Shown here: piece by piece, positions 24,535 to 34,307 of the stretch
Layout of the letters: each line of letters begins with the position of its first letter
Numbering within the stretch: position 1 is the first letter of the stretch
Virus record (IMG/VR): IMGVR_UViG_3300008448_000085
Coordinates: 1 to 59,711 of that record
Source of the DNA: a virus
Lineage: Duplodnaviria; Caudoviricetes
DNA length: 59,711 nucleotides
Direction: 5' to 3' (one strand)
Translations under genes and position numbers: made by a program
Notes under the pieces: model-generated
What the model saw: only the letters and a program-made list of their open reading frames with translations
Databases searched by the model: none
What the model was told of the DNA's origin: nothing

Positions 24535-25223
24535 GCTTGGACCTCCGTTTCCCATACCTTCTTGAACTCGGCCTCAACCCGGTGGAACACTTCCACAGGG
24601 ACAGCCTTTTCCTTCGCACGCAGACGCACCATGTCTAGGTGCTTCTTCGCTTGATCCTTGTTGTCTGCCTCGTTGATGGCGTTGATGGCGCCTTGGAGGT
24701 AGACCATGTGCTTCGGTTCAGTCTTGACCTCTGGCTTCTTGCCGGTGGCCGACTGCTCGGCGCCCCTGCCTGACGCACGGTTGCCGTCATCGTCCTCCTC
24801 GCCAACCCAGGCGCCGACGAGGTCCAGCAACGCATATCGCTTGGCGTAGGTCTTCGCAGAGCCAAGGCCCTGCATGTCCGGTGGCTGCGTCCCGTTCTTT
24901 GTTTCTCGCGGCAGGTTGATGAGCGGCACCAGGGTGGATGTCCACTCCCCAGAGCCGTGCTTCAAAACCCCAAGGCAACACCATCCCATCTCGGGGCCAT
25001 ACCAGCCGGTGTGATACGTGGGCATCGCGAAGCCCTCTTCGGTCAGCAAGCCAACAAGCTCGTTGCAGATGGTCGCCAAGTCCGCATACTTGCTGCGGAA
25101 GTGAGGGTTGTCCTTCTTCTTGGCAATCGTTTCCATCTTCTTGTGAACATTGATCAGCGCAGCGGTGTGCTGCTTCAGCTCTGGACTAGACGACGGGCCA
25201 ACGCCCTCATGTGAATACTTCAT
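24531..25223 (-). CDS. erf: ERF-family ssDNA annealing protein
   Basis: KDNPHFRSKYADL; QGLGSAKTYAKRYAL. Confidence 0.9.
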   Translation of the reverse strand: MKYSHEGVGPSSSPELKQHTAALINVHKKMETIAKKKDNPHFRSKYADLATICNELVGLLTEEGFAMPTYHTGWYGPEMGWCCLGVLKHGSGEWTSTLVPLINLPRETKNGTQPPDMQGLGSAKTYAKRYALLDLVGAWVGEEDDDGNRASGRGAEQSATGKKPEVKTEPKHMVYLQGAINAINEADNKDQAKKHLDMVRLRAKEKAVPVEVFHRVEAEFKKVWETEVQA

Positions 25224-26080
25224 ACTTCCACGTACTCCTCTTCCTTCTGTGCCCACGCCGGGACAACGAGTTCCTTGATCTCGTTCGCGTCAGCCGGCAG
25301 ATACATGCCGGTGGAGCGGCGTAGACGAACTTCCTCCATTACGTTCCGCATCCGCCGGCCAGCAGCTTCAACGAGGGCCTCGGGCAGATGAAAGACCTTG
25401 GTCCTGTACGGCGGCGTCGTTGCGACAAAGACGAACGGCATGCGGAAGTGATCCATGCCGATGGCCTTGGCCGACTCCACGTACAGCCATTCCTGCTCGT
25501 AGTAGCCGTAGTCCTTCGCGCTGAAGAACAGCTTGTCCCACGGTTGGCTTGTGGTCTTGAGGTCCCACCACAGGTCGGCACAGCAGGCGTCGGGACGGGT
25601 CTTCAGTGCATGGCCGTCGATTTCAAAGAACACAGAGACTTGCGTCTCAACCGTCCGCTCCATCAGTGATCGGCAGGCCTCGTTCTGCTGCATGCCGTCC
25701 AGCATGTAGGCGTAGACCTGGGCCTGATCCTCAGTGGTGATGACGGTGCCATCCCGCTGATGCTCGGCAGCCCACTCCTTGTACGCCTTGGTGGAGCGAG
25801 AACCGTTGGCCCCCAGCACATCGTCAGGCGGGGTTACCACAACGTCCTTGAACAGCCTGCCGCCAAGAATCTCGGTGATGATGGTGTCGAATTCCGACCC
25901 CTTGCTGGTGGCAGAGTTACCGCCCCAGAACACCCGGCCAGAGTCAAGCCACTGCTGAACCTCGCCGCCGTACTTGGCGACCGTGTGGAGGAACGACCGC
26001 GAGTCGAACTCAGTTTCCATCCGGTACGCCTGATTGCTCATGCCGATCACCTTGGTCGGCAACTCCGTGATAGTGGTCAT
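25220..26080 (-). CDS. RecE/exonuclease VIII-like PD-(D/E)XK exonuclease
   Basis: QVSVFF...KTRPD...WDLKTT...YYEQ..Y; adjacent to erf. Confidence 0.85.
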   Translation of the reverse strand: MTTITELPTKVIGMSNQAYRMETEFDSRSFLHTVAKYGGEVQQWLDSGRVFWGGNSATSKGSEFDTIITEILGGRLFKDVVVTPPDDVLGANGSRSTKAYKEWAAEHQRDGTVITTEDQAQVYAYMLDGMQQNEACRSLMERTVETQVSVFFEIDGHALKTRPDACCADLWWDLKTTSQPWDKLFFSAKDYGYYEQEWLYVESAKAIGMDHFRMPFVFVATTPPYRTKVFHLPEALVEAAGRRMRNVMEEVRLRRSTGMYLPADANEIKELVVPAWAQKEEEYVEV

Positions 26081-26097
26081 CCGTACACCTCCAGTTA

Positions 26098-26120
26098 AAG
26101 AAAGCCCCGTCCATGGGGCA
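26098..26120 (-). terminator. Intrinsic terminator upstream of exonuclease gene
   Basis: GCCCC-ATGGAC-GGGGC-TTTCTTT on minus strand. Confidence 0.55.
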
Positions 26121-26131
26121 GGGTCGATCCA

Positions 26132-26347
26132 TCAGTCCCCGTCCGTGGGGAAGAACTCCTTGATCGCTTCGCTCAGGTGTCCAAGCACCAGAAGGGTGCA
26201 GACTGCCCCTACGCGGTTGAGCCAGAGGGCTGCGGTCAGTGCGGCGAGAAACGCCAGCCGTAAGATTCGGTGGTCCCGAAGAAACACCCAGGCTAGGGCA
26301 CTCTTGAGAGTGCTGTAGCCAATTGAGCTAGGGGTGCTTGGTCGCAT
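26132..26347 (-). CDS. Possible leaderless 71-aa membrane protein spanning attP
   Basis: ATG 7 nt below the TACAAT box; two hydrophobic segments. Confidence 0.4.
   Translation of the reverse strand: MRPSTPSSIGYSTLKSALAWVFLRDHRILRLAFLAALTAALWLNRVGAVCTLLVLGHLSEAIKEFFPTDGD
26311..26337 (-). mobile_element. Putative attP core: 5' fragment of a tRNA (probably tRNA-Arg)
   Basis: GCACCCCTAGCTCAATTGG-CTACAGCA matches acceptor 5' strand + D-arm pattern; ~95 bp upstream of integrase. Confidence 0.7.
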
Positions 26348-26353
26348 GTGCGG

Positions 26354-26382
26354 ATTGTATCGCATGCACCGGGGTGTTGAAA
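26354..26382 (-). promoter_or_regulatory. Promoter reading into the tRNA fragment
   Basis: TTTCAA-N17-TACAAT. Confidence 0.55.
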
Positions 26383-26431
26383 GACGCCCTTCTTCGGGAG
26401 ACATTACGCCGCTCTTGAGGAGGGTATAGCC

Positions 26432-27247
26432 ATGCGACTGATCGACTTCGCCCTTGACTACGCGATAAAGATTGGGGCCAGCCCCGGCTACACCGAGCAG
26501 CTCCGCGTCCTGACCAAACGGCTGCCATGGGAAACGACCGACCTCACGGTCAATCGCATCGACGGCTACCTCACACAGGCTCTCCATAGCCTCGCTCCCC
26601 AGACAGTCCAGAACCACCGCCGAATGCTCAACACGCTTCGCAGAGCGGCCCTCCGACGCGGCTTGGTGGTGGACGATTGTACAGACCCGCTGCGGCGTGT
26701 CAAGTGCAACCATCCCCTCCCCAGAGCCTGGACACATGCCGAGATACGCCGGCTCATAGAAGTCGCCAAGGAAATGCCGCGTGGCACGGCCCACTGCCCG
26801 TGGAAGATTCTCCTCCCGGCGTGGATTCTGGTGTCCTACAGCAGCGGGCTGCGGCTCGGAGATATGCTGGCGCTGACGCATGAGTCCATCCGTGGAAACA
26901 AGCTGGCGATTGTGATGGCCAAGACCCGCCGTCCGCATGTTGTCATGCTGGACGAAGCGGCCCTCCTCGCCATCGGCTCCCTCCCTCGCAGAGGCCCCCG
27001 CATCTTCGGGGACTTGGTCGGAAGGTGCGTGTTTATACGCGCGTTCCGACGATTGGTCAAACGGGCCGGGCTGTACGGCAGTGGCAAATACCTGCGTAGA
27101 AGCAGTGCCACCTATGCGGTAATCGCCGGCCAAGACCCCACTGGACACTTAGGACACGCCACGGCCGGGCTGGCCCAGAAACATTATGTAGACCCGGTCT
27201 TGGTCGCAGATGCCAAGCAGCCGGTGCCGAGCCTATCGAACCCCTAG
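26432..27247 (+). CDS. int: Tyrosine recombinase / phage integrase
   Basis: SGLRLGD (R), KT (K), KYLRRS (HxxR variant), LGH, HY (Tyr); GAGGAGG RBS. Confidence 0.88.
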   Translation: MRLIDFALDYAIKIGASPGYTEQLRVLTKRLPWETTDLTVNRIDGYLTQALHSLAPQTVQNHRRMLNTLRRAALRRGLVVDDCTDPLRRVKCNHPLPRAWTHAEIRRLIEVAKEMPRGTAHCPWKILLPAWILVSYSSGLRLGDMLALTHESIRGNKLAIVMAKTRRPHVVMLDEAALLAIGSLPRRGPRIFGDLVGRCVFIRAFRRLVKRAGLYGSGKYLRRSSATYAVIAGQDPTGHLGHATAGLAQKHYVDPVLVADAKQPVPSLSNP

Positions 27248-30200
27248 AATTTCCATGGGGGCCATCTCTGCCTTCTTCTTTTCGCGGGCACGCTGGGCTG
27301 CCTCGGACTGCAAGATTTTGTAGAGGAGGTAGAGTCGCCGCTGATCTTCCGGCATCTTCCGCAGAACATCTTCGGGCACGGTGAGGTTTTCGTACGTGCG
27401 GACGCCAGGGGTCGCGGTCAGCAACTCGTTGAGCGTGTTCCTCGCCGCAAGCTGCTTGGTCCGCTCTTGGTCGATGTCGGTGATCTTCACGCCCAGCGTG
27501 TTGTTGACGAGCAACTTCAGCGCTCGCTCGGCTGGCGTCAGCCGGTTATCCATCGCCGTGCGGGCCAAGGACATGGCCTTTGATCCGCCCGGGGCATTGA
27601 CCAACACTTGCTCGGCCGCGCGGGCAAGCGGGCCGTACTGGGGGTCTACGGCATTCTCTAGCACTGAGTACACATCCGACAGCTCGCGTCCGCTGTAGAG
27701 CTGGCGGTTCAGCACCATCTCAAGCGGCGCCTTGATCAGCGGGTTGAGCTGACCGAGCAGGTTCATGCCGGTCTTCTGTAGCGAATCCACCACACGCTGC
27801 GAGGCAGTGTTGCCGATGCCGGGCGAGAACAGGTTGATCAGGCCTTCGTAGGGAAGATCAATGTTGTTGATGACGCGCTGAAGGTTCTCGGCCGGCTGTC
27901 CTCCAAACTCTGGCGGCAGGGCAATCGCTGCCGACTGCCGCAGATGCTCGGGGAGGAACGACCCTTCTCGCGGCTGCGAGGCTCGGGTAACCGCACGGAT
28001 CGTCTGCCCCTGTAATCCGCCGGGGCGGTACAGGATGTTCTCCGCGACCAGCGGGGCAATGCCGCGCGTGTAGGAATAAAACGGCACCAGCTTCTTTAGC
28101 CGTCGCTCAAAGTCCGTAAACGCCTGCGGGCTGTAGTCCACCTGTGTCTTGAACACGGCTTGCGCCGCGGCGTCTGGCGAGTAGCCCTGGCGAAGGGCAG
28201 AGATGTAGGTGCCGAGACGATTGGCATCTTCCACTCGCCGGCCGACTCGCTCATGGAGATCGATGAGTGGGTTCAGCGTCCTAGAGGGGGCGTCTTCTCC
28301 TCGCAGCAATGCGCCCGGACCATTGACTCCGCGGATGGTTGCCCACTCACGCCATGTCCTGTCAGGGTCATACAGCAGCCCGCCGTCGCCAACCCATGGA
28401 ACGGACCTCTGAGTATCGCCGCCAGGGTAAAGAGCTTGGGCTGCTTGCTCGGGGATACCTTCGGACTCGCTGACCAGCCCGCCGCCAAGCCGGTTGCGGG
28501 CTGCCTCCATCTTGAACTTGTCGATGCGTTCTTCTGGCAACAGCGCTTCGTACCCCGGCGCCGTACTGAGGCGCTCCTCAACAGACGGCACCAGCCCGAA
28601 CAGACTTCGCTGGTCGTAGTTCCCCTTGCCCGCCTGTACGCCAACCAGCCAGTTCACAAAGTTTTGTGCTGGGTTCTGATCGCCCTGAGTCAGGCTGGAG
28701 ATGAATCCCGAATAGGCGTTCCGCGTGTGGTAGGCCGGATTGGCCAGAGCCAGAACCTTAAACAGGTTGGTGTAGGAATCGTACGACCTCCCCAGCAGCG
28801 AGTCTGCCTTCTGTTGATTCAGCGGCGATAGCTTTTTGAGGTCGGCAACGACGCTTTGGGGCACGGACGCGGCCCCGACATCCACGCCCGGCAGTCGCCG
28901 CTCTAGAACCTCTCGCAGCGCGGCCGGCTCAAAGCCCAGCTCCGCAGCCGCCTCCAGCAAGTTGACTGCGCCACCGGCCGGCATCACGTTGGCGGGAATC
29001 TGCGAGACGTTATTGATCAGTTCGTCCGCAATGACCTGAGCGTTGGCCTGCGACTTTGCGTGCCCCGACAGGTAGCGGGCCATCTCGTTGATTGGCGACT
29101 GATCGAACAGGCCAACGTTGTTCTGGGCAAACTGGTTGTCGGCCCGAATCAGCATGTCTCCGAGCTGGACCTTGAGAGAATCCTGCTGGAGCTTTGCGGC
29201 AGCGTCCGCGTCAGCCTGCTTGCGTAGTAGCGAATTGAGTCTTTGCTGCCATTCGGATCGCTCGGAGTCAAGGAGCGTCGGGTCGCTCAGAAACTCACGC
29301 AGGCTTTCGGCCGTGTGGCCATTGTCGGAAATCTGTTGGACGCCAACCTTGTTGTACGGCGCCTCCATGCCCAACTCGGTGAAGGCCTCGTCAATAATGC
29401 CCGGGGTCTGGAGGTCGTTTGCCCCGACAAGGCGAGATCGCAGGTTCTGCCCAAAGTCGCCCGACATGAGCCTGCGGAATGTCTCGGCTCGCCGCGGAAG
29501 GTCGGTCTTCAAGTCGCGGCTTCGGCCGACCACATCATCCAGGTTCAAGACCCGGGCGCCGCGGGAGTATGGGTTCTCCCTGGCCCGCACCCGACCGGGA
29601 AGATCAAGCAAGTCCGGTGCGTCAAAGTAGATCGCCTGCGACGGGAAGAACCCCACGTTCTCCAGGCTGTTGGCCACAGGGATGCTTCGGCCGACCGACG
29701 CCGCCTCGTCCCTGGCCTGAGCCAGCCGCTCCGCCATTGAGTCGCGGAACTGCTTCCATTCCGGAACTGCGTACAGCGCCGCGACGGCCTGCTGGTCTTG
29801 GAGGCCCAGCAAGTCTGTGGGCGATTCGATGGTGTCGCGAATTGCGTTTTGAATACGCGGGTCGTTGAACGTGAAGTCCGCGTGCTGCCCCTTCTCGGCG
29901 CCAAGGACCTGCTCGGCAAGCCATTGCCGAGAGTCTCTCTGGTTTTTGCCGGCTTCTGCGAACGCCTCGCGGTTACGCCACTGCTTGTCGTAATCAACTT
30001 CGCCCATCACGCTCGGATCGAACGCTGCGGTGGTGCGATTAAGGACAGGTCCAGTGAATGGGTTTCGTCTGGCCCTCTCGCCAAGCGTGTCTAGCGCCCT
30101 AGCGGCCATGTCCCCAGCCGCTCCGCCGACGACGTTGAAGCCGCGCTCAGTCCCCGGAATGCGGAAATCAAACATGCCGGCAAGTGGCTGATCCAAGAGA

Positions 30201-30838
30201 TCGTCTGGATTAAGCCCCTTGCCGCGAGCGGCGTCGGCAAACCTGCTAAACGCATCGGTGTCATCCGACATGCCGATGATCCCGCGGCCCGTGGTGGACC
30301 GCATGAACTCGCGGATGCCCTTGCCTTGCTGGCGGGCCAAGAGTGCGGCATTGTCTAGCAAGCCGGCGCGGCTGGCCGTGCGGGCCGCAGTGCTGTACGC
30401 GCCCTTGCCAAGCATGGCCCACGGCGCGAAGTACGTAGTCGGGTCAAGCGCCACCTCGGCAGCAATGCCAGCCGCGAAGTTGGACCACGTATCATCATTG
30501 CCAGTCATCCCGAACTGACGCAGCAGTTCGCGGCCCTCCACACGCTCGTCGGACGTTTGGCCGAGCGCCCGCAGCCCACGGAACGGATCGCCGTCTGCAA
30601 GCCCAGAGATTGTCCCGCGGACCATAGCCCCCGGTGTATCCAGCAACCAGCCTAAGCCGGTCAGTCCGGAAGCGCCGATATTTGACAGGGACTGCAGAAC
30701 GCTCTGACGCTCCTCCTCTGGCATGAGGTCGGAGATTTTGCGCCGGCGGCGCTCGCCCGTTAGCGGATCGACTTCGTACTGCTCGTCCAGCAGGCTGTTT
30801 GGGTCATAGATATCAAACAGCGGGGAGAGGGCCATCAA
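27233..30838 (-). CDS. Large internal virion / DNA ejection protein (1201 aa)
   Basis: Size and position at end of virion operon; VDYS...FE...LVPFYSY motif. Confidence 0.7.
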   Translation of the reverse strand: MMALSPLFDIYDPNSLLDEQYEVDPLTGERRRRKISDLMPEEERQSVLQSLSNIGASGLTGLGWLLDTPGAMVRGTISGLADGDPFRGLRALGQTSDERVEGRELLRQFGMTGNDDTWSNFAAGIAAEVALDPTTYFAPWAMLGKGAYSTAARTASRAGLLDNAALLARQQGKGIREFMRSTTGRGIIGMSDDTDAFSRFADAARGKGLNPDDLLDQPLAGMFDFRIPGTERGFNVVGGAAGDMAARALDTLGERARRNPFTGPVLNRTTAAFDPSVMGEVDYDKQWRNREAFAEAGKNQRDSRQWLAEQVLGAEKGQHADFTFNDPRIQNAIRDTIESPTDLLGLQDQQAVAALYAVPEWKQFRDSMAERLAQARDEAASVGRSIPVANSLENVGFFPSQAIYFDAPDLLDLPGRVRARENPYSRGARVLNLDDVVGRSRDLKTDLPRRAETFRRLMSGDFGQNLRSRLVGANDLQTPGIIDEAFTELGMEAPYNKVGVQQISDNGHTAESLREFLSDPTLLDSERSEWQQRLNSLLRKQADADAAAKLQQDSLKVQLGDMLIRADNQFAQNNVGLFDQSPINEMARYLSGHAKSQANAQVIADELINNVSQIPANVMPAGGAVNLLEAAAELGFEPAALREVLERRLPGVDVGAASVPQSVVADLKKLSPLNQQKADSLLGRSYDSYTNLFKVLALANPAYHTRNAYSGFISSLTQGDQNPAQNFVNWLVGVQAGKGNYDQRSLFGLVPSVEERLSTAPGYEALLPEERIDKFKMEAARNRLGGGLVSESEGIPEQAAQALYPGGDTQRSVPWVGDGGLLYDPDRTWREWATIRGVNGPGALLRGEDAPSRTLNPLIDLHERVGRRVEDANRLGTYISALRQGYSPDAAAQAVFKTQVDYSPQAFTDFERRLKKLVPFYSYTRGIAPLVAENILYRPGGLQGQTIRAVTRASQPREGSFLPEHLRQSAAIALPPEFGGQPAENLQRVINNIDLPYEGLINLFSPGIGNTASQRVVDSLQKTGMNLLGQLNPLIKAPLEMVLNRQLYSGRELSDVYSVLENAVDPQYGPLARAAEQVLVNAPGGSKAMSLARTAMDNRLTPAERALKLLVNNTLGVKITDIDQERTKQLAARNTLNELLTATPGVRTYENLTVPEDVLRKMPEDQRRLYLLYKILQSEAAQRAREKKKAEMAPMEILGVR

Positions 30839-31932
30839 TACGCGGGCGTGCCGCCTCGCGACCAGCTGCGCTGCTGGCCGTATTTGGCAACAAGCATTTG
30901 CCGGACGGCGGGGTCCTTAATACCAAGCCCAATCAGAGTGGCGTGAAGCCTGTTGGCGTCATCTGGATAGAAGCCAAGCCAAGACTTGTCCGACTCACGC
31001 GCCTTTTGTTTCATAAGCTCTTCAGCAAGCGGATGGTTGTAGTTTCCTTGCTGCAGTTGGTACGTGCCCTCGCCGCCAGGGAGAGCGCGAGCTTCAGCCT
31101 CCTTATTCGCGGCCAGTTGTTTGTCGAAAGTCTCTTGCTTCGCCTTTGCCGCAGCAAGCTCGGCATCTATCGGAAGTTTGGCCATGTCGAAGCGACGGTC
31201 CCATTCCTGGGCGCTGTTTTGACTTTCATTCCGCATCTTCTCTAGCGCCATCTCATTAGCCCATCGAATTTCTTCCATGTGCCGCTGCGCCGCGGCCTCT
31301 CTCGTCGCGGCATCCTCGGCCCTCGCCGCGCCTCTTTCGTCCATCTCAGCCCTGAACTGCCGGTCCTGCTGCGCCCGCGCGTCGGCAGCGGCTTGGTTTT
31401 GTGTTTCAATCGCCAAAATCCGCGCGTCCATCTCCGGATTGCCCCTCACTTCGGCAACGTCCACGGCAGCAGCCTGATTGCCGCCCGGCATCATGTACTG
31501 CAGCGACTTCTGCCGCTCTTCCTCTGGGAGGTCTGCGAGAGCGGCGTACATCGCTCGGTTGCCGCCGCCGAGGTTTTGAGCGCCGCCAGCCAAGTAGGTC
31601 ATCGCCGCCCACTTCTTCTTGCGATTCGCTTCGGCTTCGTCTTGGCGAGTGCCGGCCATGTCGCGGAGCGATTGCGTGGCCATGCTGAGTTGGGCGGGAG
31701 TCATGCCAACCTCCGGGTCGACCTCTGCATCCGCAAGGCCCTCCTCGTACAAGCGCCTAGCCTCTTGCCGAGACACGCCGGCCTGTTGCGCGAGCCGCTT
31801 AATCCGAAGTTCCGTTTCGTATGGGCTTGCTCGCCTGCGGGGCGCAGGGTCCAGTGCCATCGGGGAAGCGGCGGCGTTCAGATCGTCCTGCACGTTGCCT
31901 ACAAGATCGCCGCGAACATTCAAGCCTGCCAT
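30835..31932 (-). CDS. Coiled-coil internal virion protein
   Basis: A/E/R/Q-rich helical; operon context. Confidence 0.65.
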   Translation of the reverse strand: MAGLNVRGDLVGNVQDDLNAAASPMALDPAPRRRASPYETELRIKRLAQQAGVSRQEARRLYEEGLADAEVDPEVGMTPAQLSMATQSLRDMAGTRQDEAEANRKKKWAAMTYLAGGAQNLGGGNRAMYAALADLPEEERQKSLQYMMPGGNQAAAVDVAEVRGNPEMDARILAIETQNQAAADARAQQDRQFRAEMDERGAARAEDAATREAAAQRHMEEIRWANEMALEKMRNESQNSAQEWDRRFDMAKLPIDAELAAAKAKQETFDKQLAANKEAEARALPGGEGTYQLQQGNYNHPLAEELMKQKARESDKSWLGFYPDDANRLHATLIGLGIKDPAVRQMLVAKYGQQRSWSRGGTPAY

Positions 31933-31942
31933 CTACAACTCC

Positions 31943-33208
31943 TTACCTTACGTTTCGCTGACGATCACCCAATGCCTGGAGGCGACGAACCTCTGCCATA
32001 ACCTGATTCGTTTCTGGAACCTCGCCGCCAACTTCCATGCGGCGAGCGTTGAGCTTCTGCAACAAGCGCTGCGCCTCGCCGTGGTAGTCGGTCGGCATGG
32101 GCGGCTCGTAGCCAGGAGCGTTCTTCTGCTTGTTGGACAGGTCCAGCAAACGATTGATCTCCGCCATCATCGCCTTGGCCTCTGGCACCTCGCCGCCGGC
32201 AGCGCGCCGCATGGTGTTGAGCTGATCCATCAGCTCGCGAGCCTGGAACGAATAGTCCGCAGGCGCATTTCTCTTCGCTTCTCTGGCGAGGTATTGACGC
32301 TTGAAGCGATCCGCAAACTCCTGCTCATCGGGCGGAAGTTCGGAGTCAACCTTCGGCGCCGGGCGGGATTCCTCAACGAGGTCCGCATTCCCGGAGGTGT
32401 CGGTTAGGTCGCCTTGCGCCGGCTTTTCTCCAGATGGATACAGAGATGCAAGGCCAGCCCCGACACCCACCGTCGCAGCGGCAGCCCCAAGTTCTCCAAG
32501 ACCTCCGCGGATAGAGTCGGCCCGCTCTGCGTCAGCGGCACGGGCGGAGGCCGCATCGGCGTTTTTGGTGCGGATGGCGTCTCCAGCAACCCTCGCCAGC
32601 TGCGGGTCTTGGTTGCGAAGGTTTGGCGTACGCCCGCGGCGAAGGTTGTCGTTGGCCCTCCAGCCCTTGTCCAGCTGATGCCAGAGCGGGGAGCCGAGTT
32701 CAAAGTCGGGAGCGGAGTCCAGCGGACCAATGTCGATGCCAGAGAAGTCGGCCGGGCCTGTGCCGCGGGCCGAATTCAGTTGGCGTTGAGCCGCAGGGCT
32801 GAGTTGAACCTGCTTTCCGGAAACCCCGCTGTGGACCGGCCAGTTTTCCCGATAGATGTCCGGGAAGCCATCGGACTCCACCTCGCGGGCGACATGACGC
32901 CATTCCGGATCATGCCACGCGGAAGAAGCCTCTACTCCAGAAAAGTCTGGCTTACCGCGAACGTAAACCTTAACTGCTTCGGCCGCGGGGTCGCCCGCGG
33001 GAGCGTCCCGCAAAGCAGCAGCAAGGCCCGGCGACATGCCGCGAGCCGGGTCCGACCAGACCTCGGCTCCCGTCAGCTGGACAGCCTGCGGATCAAGATT
33101 GGCTGCCGCGGCCCTGGCAACGTCATCGGACACATTTATTGGGACGCCAGACGGCGCACGGCCGGCAAGGCGGCGAATTGTTTCGATTACATCGTCCACC
33201 TTCCCCAT
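31943..33208 (-). CDS. Putative internal virion protein with duplicated C-terminal module
   Basis: DY..QA..L...LN..R...GGEVPE twice. Confidence 0.65.
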   Translation of the reverse strand: MGKVDDVIETIRRLAGRAPSGVPINVSDDVARAAAANLDPQAVQLTGAEVWSDPARGMSPGLAAALRDAPAGDPAAEAVKVYVRGKPDFSGVEASSAWHDPEWRHVAREVESDGFPDIYRENWPVHSGVSGKQVQLSPAAQRQLNSARGTGPADFSGIDIGPLDSAPDFELGSPLWHQLDKGWRANDNLRRGRTPNLRNQDPQLARVAGDAIRTKNADAASARAADAERADSIRGGLGELGAAAATVGVGAGLASLYPSGEKPAQGDLTDTSGNADLVEESRPAPKVDSELPPDEQEFADRFKRQYLAREAKRNAPADYSFQARELMDQLNTMRRAAGGEVPEAKAMMAEINRLLDLSNKQKNAPGYEPPMPTDYHGEAQRLLQKLNARRMEVGGEVPETNQVMAEVRRLQALGDRQRNVR

Positions 33209-33480
33209 TACTTCTTCCCCTTCTTCTTCGGCACATCCGGCAGCTCATCGTCGCCGTCGTACGGAAGGTCATCGTCGGTCACCATCGGCGTGTTGGGCTT
33301 GCCGTGCTTCTCCTCATGGAGGTCGGCTAGGTCGTTCTTCTCTGCCTTGTCGCCCGGTTTCTTGCCAAGGCTCTTGACGAGCTTTCTCTCCTCTTCGTCA
33401 TCCGAGACAAGGAGTTGCTTCACCATCCGCTTAAGCGCGGCGTTAGTAAGATCGTCTAGATCAAAATCGATACGTGCCAT
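33208..33480 (-). CDS. Small charged protein
   Basis: MARIDFDL...; TAATG coupling. Confidence 0.65.
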   Translation of the reverse strand: MARIDFDLDDLTNAALKRMVKQLLVSDDEEERKLVKSLGKKPGDKAEKNDLADLHEEKHGKPNTPMVTDDDLPYDGDDELPDVPKKKGKK

Positions 33481-33931
33481 TGTAATTCCCGAAGGACCCG
33501 AGATTGCTTGAGTTGCCGACACTGCCCAGCAAGCCGCCAAGGGCGTTGCCTTGAAACTGCAGGATGCCTTGATTGCGTTGCAGGGCGGCTAGCGCGTTGG
33601 CGTAGTCGTTCTGCATGGCGATGGAAGAGGCCCCTTGGCCAAAATTCTCTTGATTCGTCTGGTACTGGAGCGTGTTGTTGGCGTTGGTCGCCGCATCTTG
33701 TGCAGGGATTTGGTATGCCTTGGCAATCCCATCCGCGAGGTTCTGCGCCGCTTGGATTCCGGCGGTCGCCAAGGTTCCGCTGCCACGCGAAACGCCGTTC
33801 CTGTCCATGGCCTTCATGTTAAACCGGGGGTCCGCGGACGCCTGGGCTTGGGCGAGCGCAGTGTTAAACAGGCCTTGCGTGTTTGGCACCTTCTGCGGCG
33901 CGAATGTCGAAGTAGTGGTCGCGTAGTTCAT
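33461..33931 (-). CDS. Q/A/N-rich ejection-type protein
   Basis: Low-complexity helical; coupled. Confidence 0.65.
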   Translation of the reverse strand: MNYATTTSTFAPQKVPNTQGLFNTALAQAQASADPRFNMKAMDRNGVSRGSGTLATAGIQAAQNLADGIAKAYQIPAQDAATNANNTLQYQTNQENFGQGASSIAMQNDYANALAALQRNQGILQFQGNALGGLLGSVGNSSNLGSFGNYNGTYRF

Positions 33932-34296
33932 CAGAAGATGTTTCCGAGAAGCCCGTTAAGTCCGCCCGACATTTTCCCGAGATAACTCAGCTTCATGGAC
34001 TGCTGCTGGTTGGCGAGATTGTTAGCGTTTTGCTGCGCCTGCGACATCTGCTGCAGCCCAGCCAAGGCCGTGGACTGCTGGGCCTTCTGGGCGGCGGCGA
34101 GGTACTCGTTGTTGGCAGTGGCTGCGGCACGCTCGTAATCCATCCCGGCAGCCAGGGCGCGGGCGCGGTACACATCCCCCGCCGAGCCTGGGTACTGAAG
34201 AACGCCCCGCTGGTTGGCAAGCCCAGCCAACGCCTGCTGCTGCATGCCGGGGGTGACTGGAGGATTGTTTTGAATGCCGGTGTCGTATGAGAGCAT
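33931..34296 (-). CDS. Q/A-rich ejection-type protein
   Basis: Low-complexity helical; coupled. Confidence 0.65.
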   Translation of the reverse strand: MLSYDTGIQNNPPVTPGMQQQALAGLANQRGVLQYPGSAGDVYRARALAAGMDYERAAATANNEYLAAAQKAQQSTALAGLQQMSQAQQNANNLANQQQSMKLSYLGKMSGGLNGLLGNIF

Positions 34297-34307
34297 TTAC
34301 TGCAACC

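Noticed and set aside
26270-26337. Complete tRNA gene
   Set aside because: Only the 5' 27 nt are tRNA-like; no T-arm (GTTCGA) or 3' acceptor strand.
26348-27148. Upstream part of the 338-aa ORF antisense to the integrase
   Set aside because: Shadow ORF of the integrase; only the last 71 codons are plausible.
26432-27247. Integron integrase IntI acting on the attC site
   Set aside because: I see no IntI-specific insertion, and it sits beside a tRNA-derived attP 6 kb from the attC.
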